Notes: generated by a model from the sequence alone, not told the origin. A stretch of 59,538 nucleotides of DNA from a virus (IMGVR_UViG_3300021964_000070:1-59538); one strand, 5' to 3'; shown: positions 9,091 through 17,425, counted from the first letter of the stretch. Translations and numbers: made by a program.

Positions 9091-10119
9091 TCAGTCATAC
9101 CTGTTGATGTCAAAATAACCGTACTTATCACGCGGAAAGAAAATATCTATGCCCGTGTCAGGAGACTTAAACCGCCGCTCACCGGGCTTGCGACCAAGAA
9201 CACGGTCCAACTGCTCAAAAATCGCGCTGTCAACCATCTGGGTAATCTGCTGTGGAGACGCATTGACACCAGCCTTCTTCAATAGCTGGGCCCCAAAAGC
9301 ATTATTCCGCTTGTCCATCACAACGTCCGCATCAGTGGCTGTACCCAAAATGGGCATCCGACGGTCAAAAAACTCAGCTAAACCACCAAACTGCTCCGCA
9401 GTCTCCGGGCCAACCTGCTTGGCAAGTAGTGCAGATTGCAGTACATGAGCACGAGCGTCCTCTAACTCCTGATAAGTAGGCAAGTCATGGCGAGGACGCC
9501 CCGCCCGCATCTGGGCCGTGGTGCTCGTGCCGTAATCTATCTCCCGCTCTACATCAGGGTAGCCATACTCCTCTATCAGAGTAGTCTCAAATGTCGGGGC
9601 CCCTTCAGGATAATACATAGAAGAACCCTCGCTGCCCTCACGGCCAGAATTACGGACGATGTTCTGCTGCCTAGCACTTGGAAGATCAATATTCGGGCTG
9701 AACAGGGCCCCCATAATACCCATCTCTTCAACCTCGCCGCCCTGCTCCATATAACGGTACTTAACATCAGAGCCGCTTAAACGACCCATCATGTTGCCCG
9801 GATTGAGCTCTGGACGAGAAGGAGATGCGTGAGCCGCGTATGGCGACCCGCGGTCCACGGATTGTTCGTAATAGTAACCCTCCATGCCCTCCATGATGGG
9901 CTCATCCATTAAAGTATACCGTGTTCCAGTATTGCCGCGCTCTGCCGGATAAGGGTCACCCTCTCCAGAAAAATAAAAGCCCATGCCCTCTTCATCATAG
10001 GAGGGCCGTGTTGCGCGATAGTAGGCCGCTGGGTCGGTTGCCCCAAACAGCGCCTCATCCATTGACATTCCAGAAAAGTCGTTACCGCCCGCCCCAAGAT
10101 TTACCGCGCTGTCCGCCAT
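9091..10119 (-). CDS. Putative virion cargo protein with DUF6973/serum-amyloid-A-like helical domain
   Basis: EDARAHVLQSALL...MDKRNNAFG resembles the DAxRH...MDxxNNxxG signature; carries MEQGG and GIMGAL motifs. Confidence 0.55.
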   Translation of the reverse strand: MADSAVNLGAGGNDFSGMSMDEALFGATDPAAYYRATRPSYDEEGMGFYFSGEGDPYPAERGNTGTRYTLMDEPIMEGMEGYYYEQSVDRGSPYAAHASPSRPELNPGNMMGRLSGSDVKYRYMEQGGEVEEMGIMGALFSPNIDLPSARQQNIVRNSGREGSEGSSMYYPEGAPTFETTLIEEYGYPDVEREIDYGTSTTAQMRAGRPRHDLPTYQELEDARAHVLQSALLAKQVGPETAEQFGGLAEFFDRRMPILGTATDADVVMDKRNNAFGAQLLKKAGVNASPQQITQMVDSAIFEQLDRVLGRKPGERRFKSPDTGIDIFFPRDKYGYFDINRYD

Positions 10120-11564
10120 TAGTAATATGCCCTTACTTTCACGTATGTTTCTTCATCGTCCCAGTCGTCAGACGGGAGCTGAACAAAGTTTCCTTGACGG
10201 TATCTCATTAAGGCTTGTGTCATGCTGTCCACCAAGTCATCGTATTCGCCGTTAGGAAATGCCGCCACCTCCTCTATCATCTCGTCTGCAAAGGTGGTGT
10301 CGGGGGCCCAAACCATCCCCGCCTCGAAAAGCGGAGATACAGAATGAACACGAGTTATCTTATCATTACCTTTGCTCGGCGTAAAGTTAACAACTGGTAT
10401 TCCCATGTTTCTTAATTCATGTGTGAGCGGTAACCCAGAGGCTTTCGCTTCCACAATCACGGTATCCGGTTCCCAATACTTATACTGGTCCAACGCAACC
10501 TGCTTCAACTCAGGAAAATCCCAGCGGTCTTTCTTACTATCCAAAAGAATTAAACCGGGCGGCCCACCTATCTCCTGTGGCCGGAAAACACCCCACGTGG
10601 TTATGGCTGAGAAGTCGGCTGTCTCGCGTTTAGAAAAAGCGGTATCATAGCTCTGTATAACATATTCGAGATTGGGTATTGCATCTTTCTCCCACCTTTT
10701 CCACCACTGACGAGGGATAATAGCGTTCTCTTCCCCCGTTGGGTTCTGTTGATACTGCGCGTTCCACTTACTGGGTGGAATAGACGCTTTCACTGCTGTT
10801 AAGTCCTCAATAGACCAAAACTCAGGCCAGCAGGGGGACCCGTCATTAAAAATAGCCGGTAGCTCCACAACCTCCCACTGGTCTGCCAAGGGGTCTTTAG
10901 CCATCGCCTTTAATAGCTGCCCCGTCATATCCTTTTCGGACCACCGGGTCTGAACCAAAACAATTGACCCACCCGGCTGGAGACGTTGCCGGGGGCCCCC
11001 AGTGTACCAATCCCACGCATCATCAAAACCACTATTAGACATGGCAGTCTGTTCAGAGTGCGGGTCATCAATAATCACCAAGTCACCACCACGACCGGCC
11101 AGATTGGAGCCAACCCCGACAGCATAATACATCCCGCCAGATGCGGTATCCCAGCGACCAGACGCCTTACTGTCCGCCGCCAGTTTAACACTTGGGAAAA
11201 CTTCCTTGAACTCTTCGCTGTCAATCAGGTTTTTTGTTTTACGGCCAAAGTTAACTGCAAGCTCGGTTGTGTGCGTAGCTTGAATAATCTTCATGCGCGG
11301 GTTCTTGCCCATCATCCAAGCAGGGAACAAGAAAGACGCAAACTCTGATTTCGTATGACGCGGGGCCATGTTGATAATCAGGCGCTTTAGTTCGCCGCTA
11401 GCTACCCGCTCTAACTTTTCAGCAATGATTTTATGATGACGACCAGCAATGAACTCAGGCCACATAGATTTTACAAATGTTAAAAAGTCCGTTTGACAAG
11501 CTTCATTCTTCTCTAATTGAGCTAGCCGCAAACGAAGCTTGGCTTCCTGTTCAGAAACATCCAT
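10119..11564 (-). CDS. terL: Terminase large subunit
   Basis: Walker A APRHTKS, Walker B VIIDDP, QTRW motif, RNase H-like SYDTA and DDLVDS. Confidence 0.95.
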   Translation of the reverse strand: MDVSEQEAKLRLRLAQLEKNEACQTDFLTFVKSMWPEFIAGRHHKIIAEKLERVASGELKRLIINMAPRHTKSEFASFLFPAWMMGKNPRMKIIQATHTTELAVNFGRKTKNLIDSEEFKEVFPSVKLAADSKASGRWDTASGGMYYAVGVGSNLAGRGGDLVIIDDPHSEQTAMSNSGFDDAWDWYTGGPRQRLQPGGSIVLVQTRWSEKDMTGQLLKAMAKDPLADQWEVVELPAIFNDGSPCWPEFWSIEDLTAVKASIPPSKWNAQYQQNPTGEENAIIPRQWWKRWEKDAIPNLEYVIQSYDTAFSKRETADFSAITTWGVFRPQEIGGPPGLILLDSKKDRWDFPELKQVALDQYKYWEPDTVIVEAKASGLPLTHELRNMGIPVVNFTPSKGNDKITRVHSVSPLFEAGMVWAPDTTFADEMIEEVAAFPNGEYDDLVDSMTQALMRYRQGNFVQLPSDDWDDEETYVKVRAYY

Positions 11565-11573
11565 AGGGGGCCC

Positions 11574-11789
11574 CTAAGTTAAAATAACGTCCGCCTCTGT
11601 CTCAATCCAGACCTTTGCGCCACAGGACAGAGGTTTATCCGGACTGTAAACCACCGTGCAATCCCCTTTTATCTGGACCCGGTGAGCGTAAGTATTGCTC
11701 CGACCTTCCTTGACGGTGATGACCGGCTCACGTTCTCCGGTCTTGTGGTTGGACCTAATTTTATGTTGATTAATATGTATGCGTTTCAT
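11574..11789 (-). CDS. Conserved phage hypothetical protein
   Basis: 71 aa; IHINQHKIR...PVITVK...PLSCGAKVWIET pattern recurrent in marine phages. Confidence 0.65.
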   Translation of the reverse strand: MKRIHINQHKIRSNHKTGEREPVITVKEGRSNTYAHRVQIKGDCTVVYSPDKPLSCGAKVWIETEADVILT

Positions 11790-11807
11790 GCCCTAAATAT
11801 GCACATT

Positions 11808-12253
11808 TTTTAATCAGTTAACAACCCCCTCTATTTTGCCTAATAAATAGGCAGTGTTTCACGTGAAACATCCATATCATTTTTCACATGATTATTTGTG
11901 AAAAACATGGCCCTTGCCTGCGTATGCCAGCGCGTGGGCGGCGGTGCGCGGATTGCGGTTTTTGACGGTTTTTTCGCGGTTTTTTGACCCGATAGGGCGG
12001 GGCCCCTTGCCCGATTTTGCCAGCGGGGGCGGGGGATTGCGGCCAGCGGGGCGCGGTTGCCGGTGCTGGGTTGCGGCGGCGGTTGCCGGTGCTGGGCGGT
12101 AGGGCGGCGGCCAGCGGTGCGCGGTGCGCGGATCTCGGTCTGCCGGTCGCGGCTAACTTTCCAGAAAATTAGATTCACGGCCTGCGAATCTCCGGCCGGT
12201 AGGTTTGGGGCGCGGCCTGCGGGGCTAGGGGCGGCATGATTAACTGATTAAAA
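11808..12253. other. Non-coding GC-rich, G-skewed region bounded by 14-bp inverted repeats; candidate genome end/pac region
   Basis: TTTTAATCAGTTAA (11808-21) and TTAACTGATTAAAA (12240-53); internal direct repeats; no credible ORF. Confidence 0.5.
11855..11870. promoter_or_regulatory. parS: parS site (perfect consensus palindrome TGTTTCACGTGAAACA)
   Basis: Exact match to the canonical chromosomal ParB-binding parS sequence. Confidence 0.85.
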
Positions 12254-12281
12254 CGCGACAGGCGGCCAGCTGGCGGGCATT

Positions 12282-12316
12282 AAAAAACCCCCGCGGGTAA
12301 ACTACCGGCGGGGGCT
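12282..12316 (-). terminator. Intrinsic terminator
   Basis: CCCCCGC...GCGGGGG stem followed by T6. Confidence 0.8.
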
Positions 12317-12335
12317 GGGTTGCGTTGTGTGGGCT

Positions 12336-12806
12336 TTAAATGTCGATTGTTAGGGTCGCACCGGCCAGAACTTCCTTAACAATGGACTCGACCGCTTCGC
12401 GCTGGGCGTCTTCCCTGTCTTCGTTATCCGGCAGGCGTTCGTCTATCATGTCTGAAATCTCATATTCGTAATCATGAATAGAGAAATCATTTTCCAGAAC
12501 ATCGCTGGCGGCTTTTTGCGCGGCGCTCTCGGCTATCGCTTCGACACTGTCCCTGATTACTGACATAATACCGGCGGCCAGTCGTTCGTTGTCTTCGCGG
12601 CGGCTGTCAATAATAGCCTGCTTATCCCGCCGCAATTCGTCCAGCTCTTTTTCCTGCTGTTCGATTTTATCGGCGGCCGCCTCAATATCATAAGCGGTGG
12701 AAGATAGCCCAGCCTCGCAGGTATCGGCGGCAAGGCGGCGCAAATATTGCGCGCCGGTTTCTGGGGTAAAGATTTGATTTTGTGTTTGTGTGTTTACGTT
12801 TTCCAT
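12336..12806 (-). CDS. Acidic coiled-coil early protein
   Basis: True start likely MENVNTQ (12806) behind AAACTACGGAG leader; the longer track ORF crosses a promoter and terminator. Confidence 0.65.
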   Translation of the reverse strand: MENVNTQTQNQIFTPETGAQYLRRLAADTCEAGLSSTAYDIEAAADKIEQQEKELDELRRDKQAIIDSRREDNERLAAGIMSVIRDSVEAIAESAAQKAASDVLENDFSIHDYEYEISDMIDERLPDNEDREDAQREAVESIVKEVLAGATLTIDI

Positions 12807-12863
12807 TGGTTCAATTCTCCGTAGTTTAGAACCGGCGGCCAGCCTGTCCGGCCGCCTGATATA

Positions 12864-12892
12864 AATATGCGCTTTATCGCATATAGTGTCAA
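12864..12892 (-). promoter_or_regulatory. Sigma70-type promoter with overlapping palindromic operator
   Basis: TTGACA-17-CATATT; TATGCGCT-TT-ATCGCATA at 12866-83. Confidence 0.7.
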
Positions 12893-12894
12893 AT

Positions 12895-12925
12895 AAAAAA
12901 ACCCCCGCCGGATTAGGGCGGGGGC
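12895..12925 (-). terminator. Intrinsic terminator
   Basis: CCCCCGCC...GGCGGGGG stem plus T-tract. Confidence 0.8.
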
Positions 12926-12930
12926 TGGGG

Positions 12931-13086
12931 CTATTGGTTGGCGTGTAGTTCTGCATCTTCGCGGCTGGTATATATAGACACTGTCGAACTGTCGATTTCT
13001 TCAGAATTAAACCGGCGGCGAAAGTCTTTAAAATTGGTTTCTTCTATCCGCTTGTCTTCTTCCCAAAATAAAAGATAAATTTTCAT
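12931..13086 (-). CDS. Small hypothetical protein (not in ORF track)
   Basis: MKIYLLFWEEDKRIEETNFKDFRRRFNSEEIDSSTVSIYTSREDAELHANQ; AAGGA RBS; ends just before terminator. Confidence 0.6.
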   Translation of the reverse strand: MKIYLLFWEEDKRIEETNFKDFRRRFNSEEIDSSTVSIYTSREDAELHANQ

Positions 13087-13088
13087 TT

Positions 13089-13790
13089 CTATTCCTTCCC
13101 TATGTCACCGGCTACATGATGCCGGAGAATTGAACCGGTCGGCAGGGTTTTGACAAAAGCCCGCAACCGTTCGCCGTCCGTCTGGGCTTGTTCCTGCTTG
13201 GCGGTGTGTTGCCAGTGAATATTTACATTGCCGCCGTCTGCATAACACCCGCCGCGCTGGCCGGTGTTTATTTTGTTCTTGCCCGCGCCATGTGCTGTAA
13301 AGGTGATAATATAGTCGCGGTCGGCTCTGGCGCATAATGGCAGGCCGTCCCCGCAATTATTGCACGTCACCGCGCTGTTATATTCGGCGGGGCATCTGAC
13401 AAACTTAACATCCTGAACGGCCGACCATTTGCCATTCGCGAAAAAGTCCTGCGGAACGGTTGTCACTGTCGGCACGTCATGCACCGCCTGATAAGCGATA
13501 AAGGGACTATCCGCGCTGTAGTTGATTACAGTTTTACCGGCGGCCAGTTTATGCATCCAATAAAACGGTTCAAAATGTGAATATGTAAACGACACGCCGC
13601 GACGCGGTACGGCGTCGGCCAGTATGTCCAGATATTCAAAGTCGATTTGGTCACCGGCGCAACCCCGCCCGCTGGCGTTCAAGTTACAATCGGCGGGGCA
13701 AGTCCCGAACTTGTCACCATTGCCCGCCCTATATGTGACGGCGCAACCGGCCGTCTTATTTGCTTGTGAAATTGCTGTAGTTTTCAACAT
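13089..13790 (-). CDS. Cys-rich early protein (Gp88/DUF7227-like, possibly Fe-S or Zn binding)
   Basis: TCPxxC, FTYSH, CPA...TCxxC...LC, FTAHG, GCYA, RHHVAGD motifs; start MLKTTA behind TACGGGA leader. Confidence 0.6.
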   Translation of the reverse strand: MLKTTAISQANKTAGCAVTYRAGNGDKFGTCPADCNLNASGRGCAGDQIDFEYLDILADAVPRRGVSFTYSHFEPFYWMHKLAAGKTVINYSADSPFIAYQAVHDVPTVTTVPQDFFANGKWSAVQDVKFVRCPAEYNSAVTCNNCGDGLPLCARADRDYIITFTAHGAGKNKINTGQRGGCYADGGNVNIHWQHTAKQEQAQTDGERLRAFVKTLPTGSILRHHVAGDIGKE

Positions 13791-13839
13791 AGTTTTATTT
13801 CCCGTAAAAGTTATGCGATTTGTCTTATATAGCAAAAAC

Positions 13840-13869
13840 AAAAAGCCCCGTCAACATGACAGGGCTTTT
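13840..13869 (-). terminator. Intrinsic terminator
   Basis: AAAAGCCC(T)GTCA...TGACGGGGCTTTT stem. Confidence 0.75.
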
Positions 13870-13891
13870 CTCGGTTTTATGTGCTGGCCGG

Positions 13892-15118
13892 TTATGCGGC
13901 TACCTTGTCCAGCAATGCGCCCGCTTTGCGCTCTAAGTCTATCCGGCTGTCTTGGTGCGGGATATCGCGGGCAAGGGCTGTAATTGCCTGCGCTGCATCC
14001 CATACCGACTGAACGGGCTTCTGTTCTTCCTGAATATGACGGGCGGCGGCGGCCTTTGCCATACGCTGGCTTAATCCTGCCCGCTTGGTTAAGAATTCCA
14101 GCCTGTCTTCATCACTGCGGGCAATGGTGGCATCCTGCGCGGCCTTTACGCCGTCCAGAAAATTAGCGGTTGCGCCATGTGCAAAAGACTGCAAGGCCGG
14201 TGCGGCTTCATAAGCGAACCGGTCGGGTGCGAATTTAGTGTGCCGGATTTTAATTTCCTGAAAGTTTTCTACGCCCCATAGATTGCGGTTCATACATACG
14301 CCGCGCAAATACATTGCGGCAATGCCCGCTGTTTTAGAACCAGTCTCGCTGTTCCATGCATAAAAGCCCCTGAAAACTAAATCTGGGTCACCGTTTGGTA
14401 ATTTGCCGATTTCCAGCGGGTGCGTATCATCAACCAAAAACAGGAAAATATCGCGGTCGCTGGCAAATAGGGTTGTCGTGTCTTTAGTCACCGGAACGAA
14501 CGGGTCATAAATAGCGCGGCCGTCCTGCTTGCCGGTCATCATGCCCGGTACTTTCCAGCGGGCGGGGTCTGCGAATTTCTGCACGGCCTCGATTATTTCA
14601 TAATCAAAAATGCGGCCATAATCTGCACCGGTTGCCGCCCGCAGATCACCGCCTTCGGTTGTATGGCCGTATGCTTTCACCAGTTCACGCGAACGGTTAT
14701 AGCGCAAGCCCCATTGCAGGGCGTCCGCCGCAATAGGGGCGGGCAAGTCTTTAAGGTAACCGGCAGGCGCACCGGCTAACTGAGATAGCTGGCCGAATGA
14801 CCAGTTTGTCGGGGCGTTAAAAGCCTCGTTCCCGTCTTCATCGGTGTATTCAATAAAGATGTCACCCCTGCTGGGGTTGTCTTCATCAAGCTGACCGACA
14901 ATGTTCATCTTATGTGTATTGACGATACGGCTATTCATAGAGCGGGCGTCCTGCTTTTTAAACGCCAGCATATCATCCAGCGACAAAAACTTCTGATCAT
15001 CCGGACGGCTGAACCATTGTGATGAAACCGCGCTGTTACCAATACCATGCTGAAAAGCATTTGTCTGATAAGCTGTGGAAACCGGTGCGGCGTTTGTGTT
15101 TTCGATAATGTTTTGCAT
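13892..15118 (-). CDS. DUF932-family phage/plasmid protein
   Basis: LFASDRDIFLFLVD, RGFYAWNSETG, R-x-VC-x-N, IRHT motifs; start MQNII behind AACTACGGGAG. Confidence 0.8.
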   Translation of the reverse strand: MQNIIENTNAAPVSTAYQTNAFQHGIGNSAVSSQWFSRPDDQKFLSLDDMLAFKKQDARSMNSRIVNTHKMNIVGQLDEDNPSRGDIFIEYTDEDGNEAFNAPTNWSFGQLSQLAGAPAGYLKDLPAPIAADALQWGLRYNRSRELVKAYGHTTEGGDLRAATGADYGRIFDYEIIEAVQKFADPARWKVPGMMTGKQDGRAIYDPFVPVTKDTTTLFASDRDIFLFLVDDTHPLEIGKLPNGDPDLVFRGFYAWNSETGSKTAGIAAMYLRGVCMNRNLWGVENFQEIKIRHTKFAPDRFAYEAAPALQSFAHGATANFLDGVKAAQDATIARSDEDRLEFLTKRAGLSQRMAKAAAARHIQEEQKPVQSVWDAAQAITALARDIPHQDSRIDLERKAGALLDKVAA

Positions 15119-15212
15119 TTTAAATGCTCCCGTAGTTAATCGGACAGGATTGTCCATAAAAGCGGTTGTCTCATAAAATCTGATATAATGCAAGTAATTT
15201 TTTTAAAAAGTT

Positions 15213-15243
15213 AAAAACCCCGCCAGCTGTGACTGACGGGGTT
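15213..15243 (-). terminator. Intrinsic terminator
   Basis: AACCCCGTCAG...CTGGCGGGGTT plus T-tract. Confidence 0.8.
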
Positions 15244-15247
15244 CTGT

Positions 15248-15337
15248 TTATCTTCGCCTGCGGCGGGTTGGTTTGTTTGCGTATTTTTCCCAGTCTTCAC
15301 CATATAGCAGGCGGGCAATAAGACTAAATAATATCAT
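15248..15337 (-). CDS. Micro-protein, 29 aa, hydrophobic N-terminus and Arg-rich tail (not in ORF track)
   Basis: MILFSLIARLLYGEDWEKYANKPTRRRRR; ATGA overlap with upstream stop; GGGAG RBS. Confidence 0.5.
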   Translation of the reverse strand: MILFSLIARLLYGEDWEKYANKPTRRRRR

Positions 15338-15510
15338 GCTGGTTCATTCTCCCTTGTTTCGAGATAATAGTTTAATTCCTGCAACACCCTGAAAACGTGA
15401 TTGGCGGGTTCGCCCTCTTCAAAATAGTGTTGCTGTTCACTGCCCCAGTTATAATCAATCAACTGGCGCAATCCCTTTAGCATCCGCTGTTCGGCTGTTT
15501 CACTCATCAT
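15334..15510 (-). CDS. Hypothetical early protein
   Basis: Start (M)MSETAEQ overlapping upstream stop. Confidence 0.55.
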   Translation of the reverse strand: MMSETAEQRMLKGLRQLIDYNWGSEQQHYFEEGEPANHVFRVLQELNYYLETRENEPA

Positions 15511-15655
15511 TCCACCCATACGCTTTAATATCTTTGGCTAACTGCTTCTGGTCATATTCACCATTGGCTAACTCGGCCAAAATCTCATGGATTTCACTGG
15601 GCAAGGTGTCACTGCCCAGCCATGCTTCAACCTGTTCCGGTGTTATCTTTTTCAT
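15500..15655 (-). CDS. Hypothetical early protein (not in ORF track)
   Basis: MKKITPEQVEAWLGSDTLPSEIHEILAELANGEYDQKQLAKDIKAYGWNDE; ATGA-coupled and fills the gap in the operon. Confidence 0.65.
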   Translation of the reverse strand: MKKITPEQVEAWLGSDTLPSEIHEILAELANGEYDQKQLAKDIKAYGWNDE

Positions 15656-15921
15656 GCCAACACCCATTTTCCGCGCTTTGCATAGACAACCTGTAACAGG
15701 TCACGCATCCGCTCAATTTTATCTGTGTCATATTCATCTAGATAAATTTTGGTTTCATCTGACGAATAATCCATTGGGCTGAGAATACCGACACCATTGA
15801 ACGCACCCTCGCCGGTTTCTTTCATGTCACAAATGCTAAAGATTTCTTGTAAATCTCGGACGGCTTCCATGACATGACAGAGCCTCATCTGGTCAGAGGC
15901 GACTAAGACTTTGTGCTTCAT
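15652..15921 (-). CDS. Hypothetical early protein
   Basis: 89 aa; ATGA-coupled; GAGG RBS. Confidence 0.6.
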   Translation of the reverse strand: MKHKVLVASDQMRLCHVMEAVRDLQEIFSICDMKETGEGAFNGVGILSPMDYSSDETKIYLDEYDTDKIERMRDLLQVVYAKRGKWVLA

Positions 15922-16115
15922 GACTTCACCTCTTCAACATCCTGCGTCCAGAACTCACGGTGAACATGATTCGGGGCATACTGTCTTGGATAATCCGTCC
16001 CGCCCATTTCATCGGCAAGGGCATAAGCCGCCGCCTCTGCCTCTTCGGCGTTAACCGCGTTGACCTCAACAATCACGCCCTCATCTAGGCATATTGCTAC
16101 TCTATATTTTGGCAT
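15918..16115 (-). CDS. Hypothetical early protein
   Basis: 65 aa; preceded by AAACTACGGGAG leader. Confidence 0.65.
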   Translation of the reverse strand: MPKYRVAICLDEGVIVEVNAVNAEEAEAAAYALADEMGGTDYPRQYAPNHVHREFWTQDVEEVKS

Positions 16116-16161
16116 CGTTTTAACTCCCGTAGTTTGTTAACGATGACCCATATATATGGGA

Positions 16162-16626
16162 TTATGTCGGACAGGTCAAGTCAAAAATGGTTTCCCATGC
16201 AAAAGGCTGGATGCATCTAAACAGGGGTTCTACTTCGGCCATGCCCTGCATCTTTAGTTCTATCGCCGCGCTGGCAGGATAAAGCAAACATTCTGCCGGT
16301 TCTGTCGGCTTGGTCTGTTTCTTTATTAAAATCCAACATGACCCATGTTGATGCCTAGTTAACCATGACACCTGAGACGGCAATAAATTTACTCGATTGC
16401 TGGTGGTAAATTTCAATTCAATAAAATGAAAGTCCCCGCGCTCGTCACAAATAAGTAAGTCCGGTATTCCTGCGCCAGCTAAGTTTTCAATCCTCGTCAA
16501 AGTCAGCTTCTTGCGCTTCCTCTGCACCGCTTCCTTTATCTGCTTGTAAAAGCCTGCCTCGCGCTTTGTCGCGATTACCGGCGTTGTCTTTTTCTTCTGG
16601 GGTGATGTCAATGGTGATTGGGGCAT
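16162..16626 (-). CDS. VRR-NUC/Holliday-junction-resolvase-like PD-(D/E)xK nuclease (start uncertain)
   Basis: RIEN...GIPDL...FIELK...SQVSW motifs; overlaps TerS 3' end. Confidence 0.8.
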   Translation of the reverse strand: MPQSPLTSPQKKKTTPVIATKREAGFYKQIKEAVQRKRKKLTLTRIENLAGAGIPDLLICDERGDFHFIELKFTTSNRVNLLPSQVSWLTRHQHGSCWILIKKQTKPTEPAECLLYPASAAIELKMQGMAEVEPLFRCIQPFAWETIFDLTCPT

Positions 16627-17119
16627 AGCTTTGTTTGATTTCCTCTAAAGCTTTCAAGACTTCTTCCTTACTCATGCTGTCAATAGACCCGTGACGGATT
16701 TCGGATTTATTAACATAAATGTCACCTTGCGCTTGGCCGCGCCGGTATTCCGCTTGAACAGCGGCAGAGTAAGCTCCGTTTTGCAGAGCTACGTCTCGAA
16801 TATTCTGTAGATCTCGAATATGCCTCTGGTAAGTAATTCCGTATTTTTGGTCAAGCTCTTTACGATAAGAGTTGATAGCGGCAACAACATGAGGCGACAC
16901 ATGAGGGTTGGTTAGTTCATAAGCCCGTGTGTGGGCAGAACTGGCAGAATAACCCGCATTAATCGCCGCGTCTCTCAAAGTTATCTGCCCGTCCTTGCTG
17001 ACCAGTTCCTTAACAAACAATTCCTGCTTGCGTGTCAGGGGCTGTTCAACACTGGCAGGCGGCCTGCCGCGCCCGTCTCTTGGTTTGCCGGTTACTTTTC
17101 CGGCCGCTTTTCTAGCCAT
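16487..17119 (-). CDS. terS: Terminase small subunit
   Basis: LTRKQELFV...AAINAGYS..SA...AYEL HTH pattern of Terminase_2-type small subunits. Confidence 0.75.
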   Translation of the reverse strand: MARKAAGKVTGKPRDGRGRPPASVEQPLTRKQELFVKELVSKDGQITLRDAAINAGYSASSAHTRAYELTNPHVSPHVVAAINSYRKELDQKYGITYQRHIRDLQNIRDVALQNGAYSAAVQAEYRRGQAQGDIYVNKSEIRHGSIDSMSKEEVLKALEEIKQSYAPITIDITPEEKDNAGNRDKARGRLLQADKGSGAEEAQEADFDED

Positions 17120-17184
17120 GTTTATACCTCAGTTAAAAAGGTCAAGTCTCATAGGCTATTTTATACACAGAACAGTATATAGGT

Positions 17185-17385
17185 TCAAAATTATTTTTTT
17201 TATTTTTTTCATCTCAGGCGCATTAAGGCGATTTTTGATTTTTGCATAAAGGTTACACCTTGTATTTAGGTAGTGTAACCTTTTATGTAACCTGTTTTTT
17301 GAAGCATATAAAGGGATACAGAGGAAAGTTACACGGTTACACTGGTTACACCTATATTTTTCGAAAAAATATTTTTTATTTTTCT
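17185..17385. other. Putative replication origin: GGTTACAC iterons in both orientations flanked by AT-rich tracts
   Basis: GGTTACAC 17251, GTGTAACC 17273, TGTAACC 17286, AGTTACAC 17327, GGTTACAC 17335 and 17344; T-rich flanks. Confidence 0.55.
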
Positions 17386-17400
17386 GGCGTATATAAGTAG

Positions 17401-17425
17401 ACGGGGCAATCCGAAGACTGCCCCG
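17401..17425 (-). terminator. Hairpin after 17432..17809 (weak terminator or processing site)
   Basis: CGGGGCAGTC-TTCG-GATTGCCCCG with a UUCG loop; no long U-tract. Confidence 0.5.

Noticed and set aside
11810-11821. TTAA-N4-TTAA as a CtrA box
   Set aside because: The CtrA consensus needs a 7-bp spacer.
11881-11904. Palindrome as dif or CRP site
   Set aside because: Arm sequence and spacing do not match XerC/D dif or TGTGA-N6-TCACA.
11840-12239. ORFs 11840..12178, 11914..12102 and 12057..12239
   Set aside because: Low-complexity translations of a GC-rich repeat region with no RBS.
12807-12956. N-terminal extensions given by the ORF track (also at 13841, 15193, 17839, 28329, 29365, 49008)
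   Set aside because: They cross promoters or terminators or overlap upstream genes; downstream ATGs have clear RBSs.
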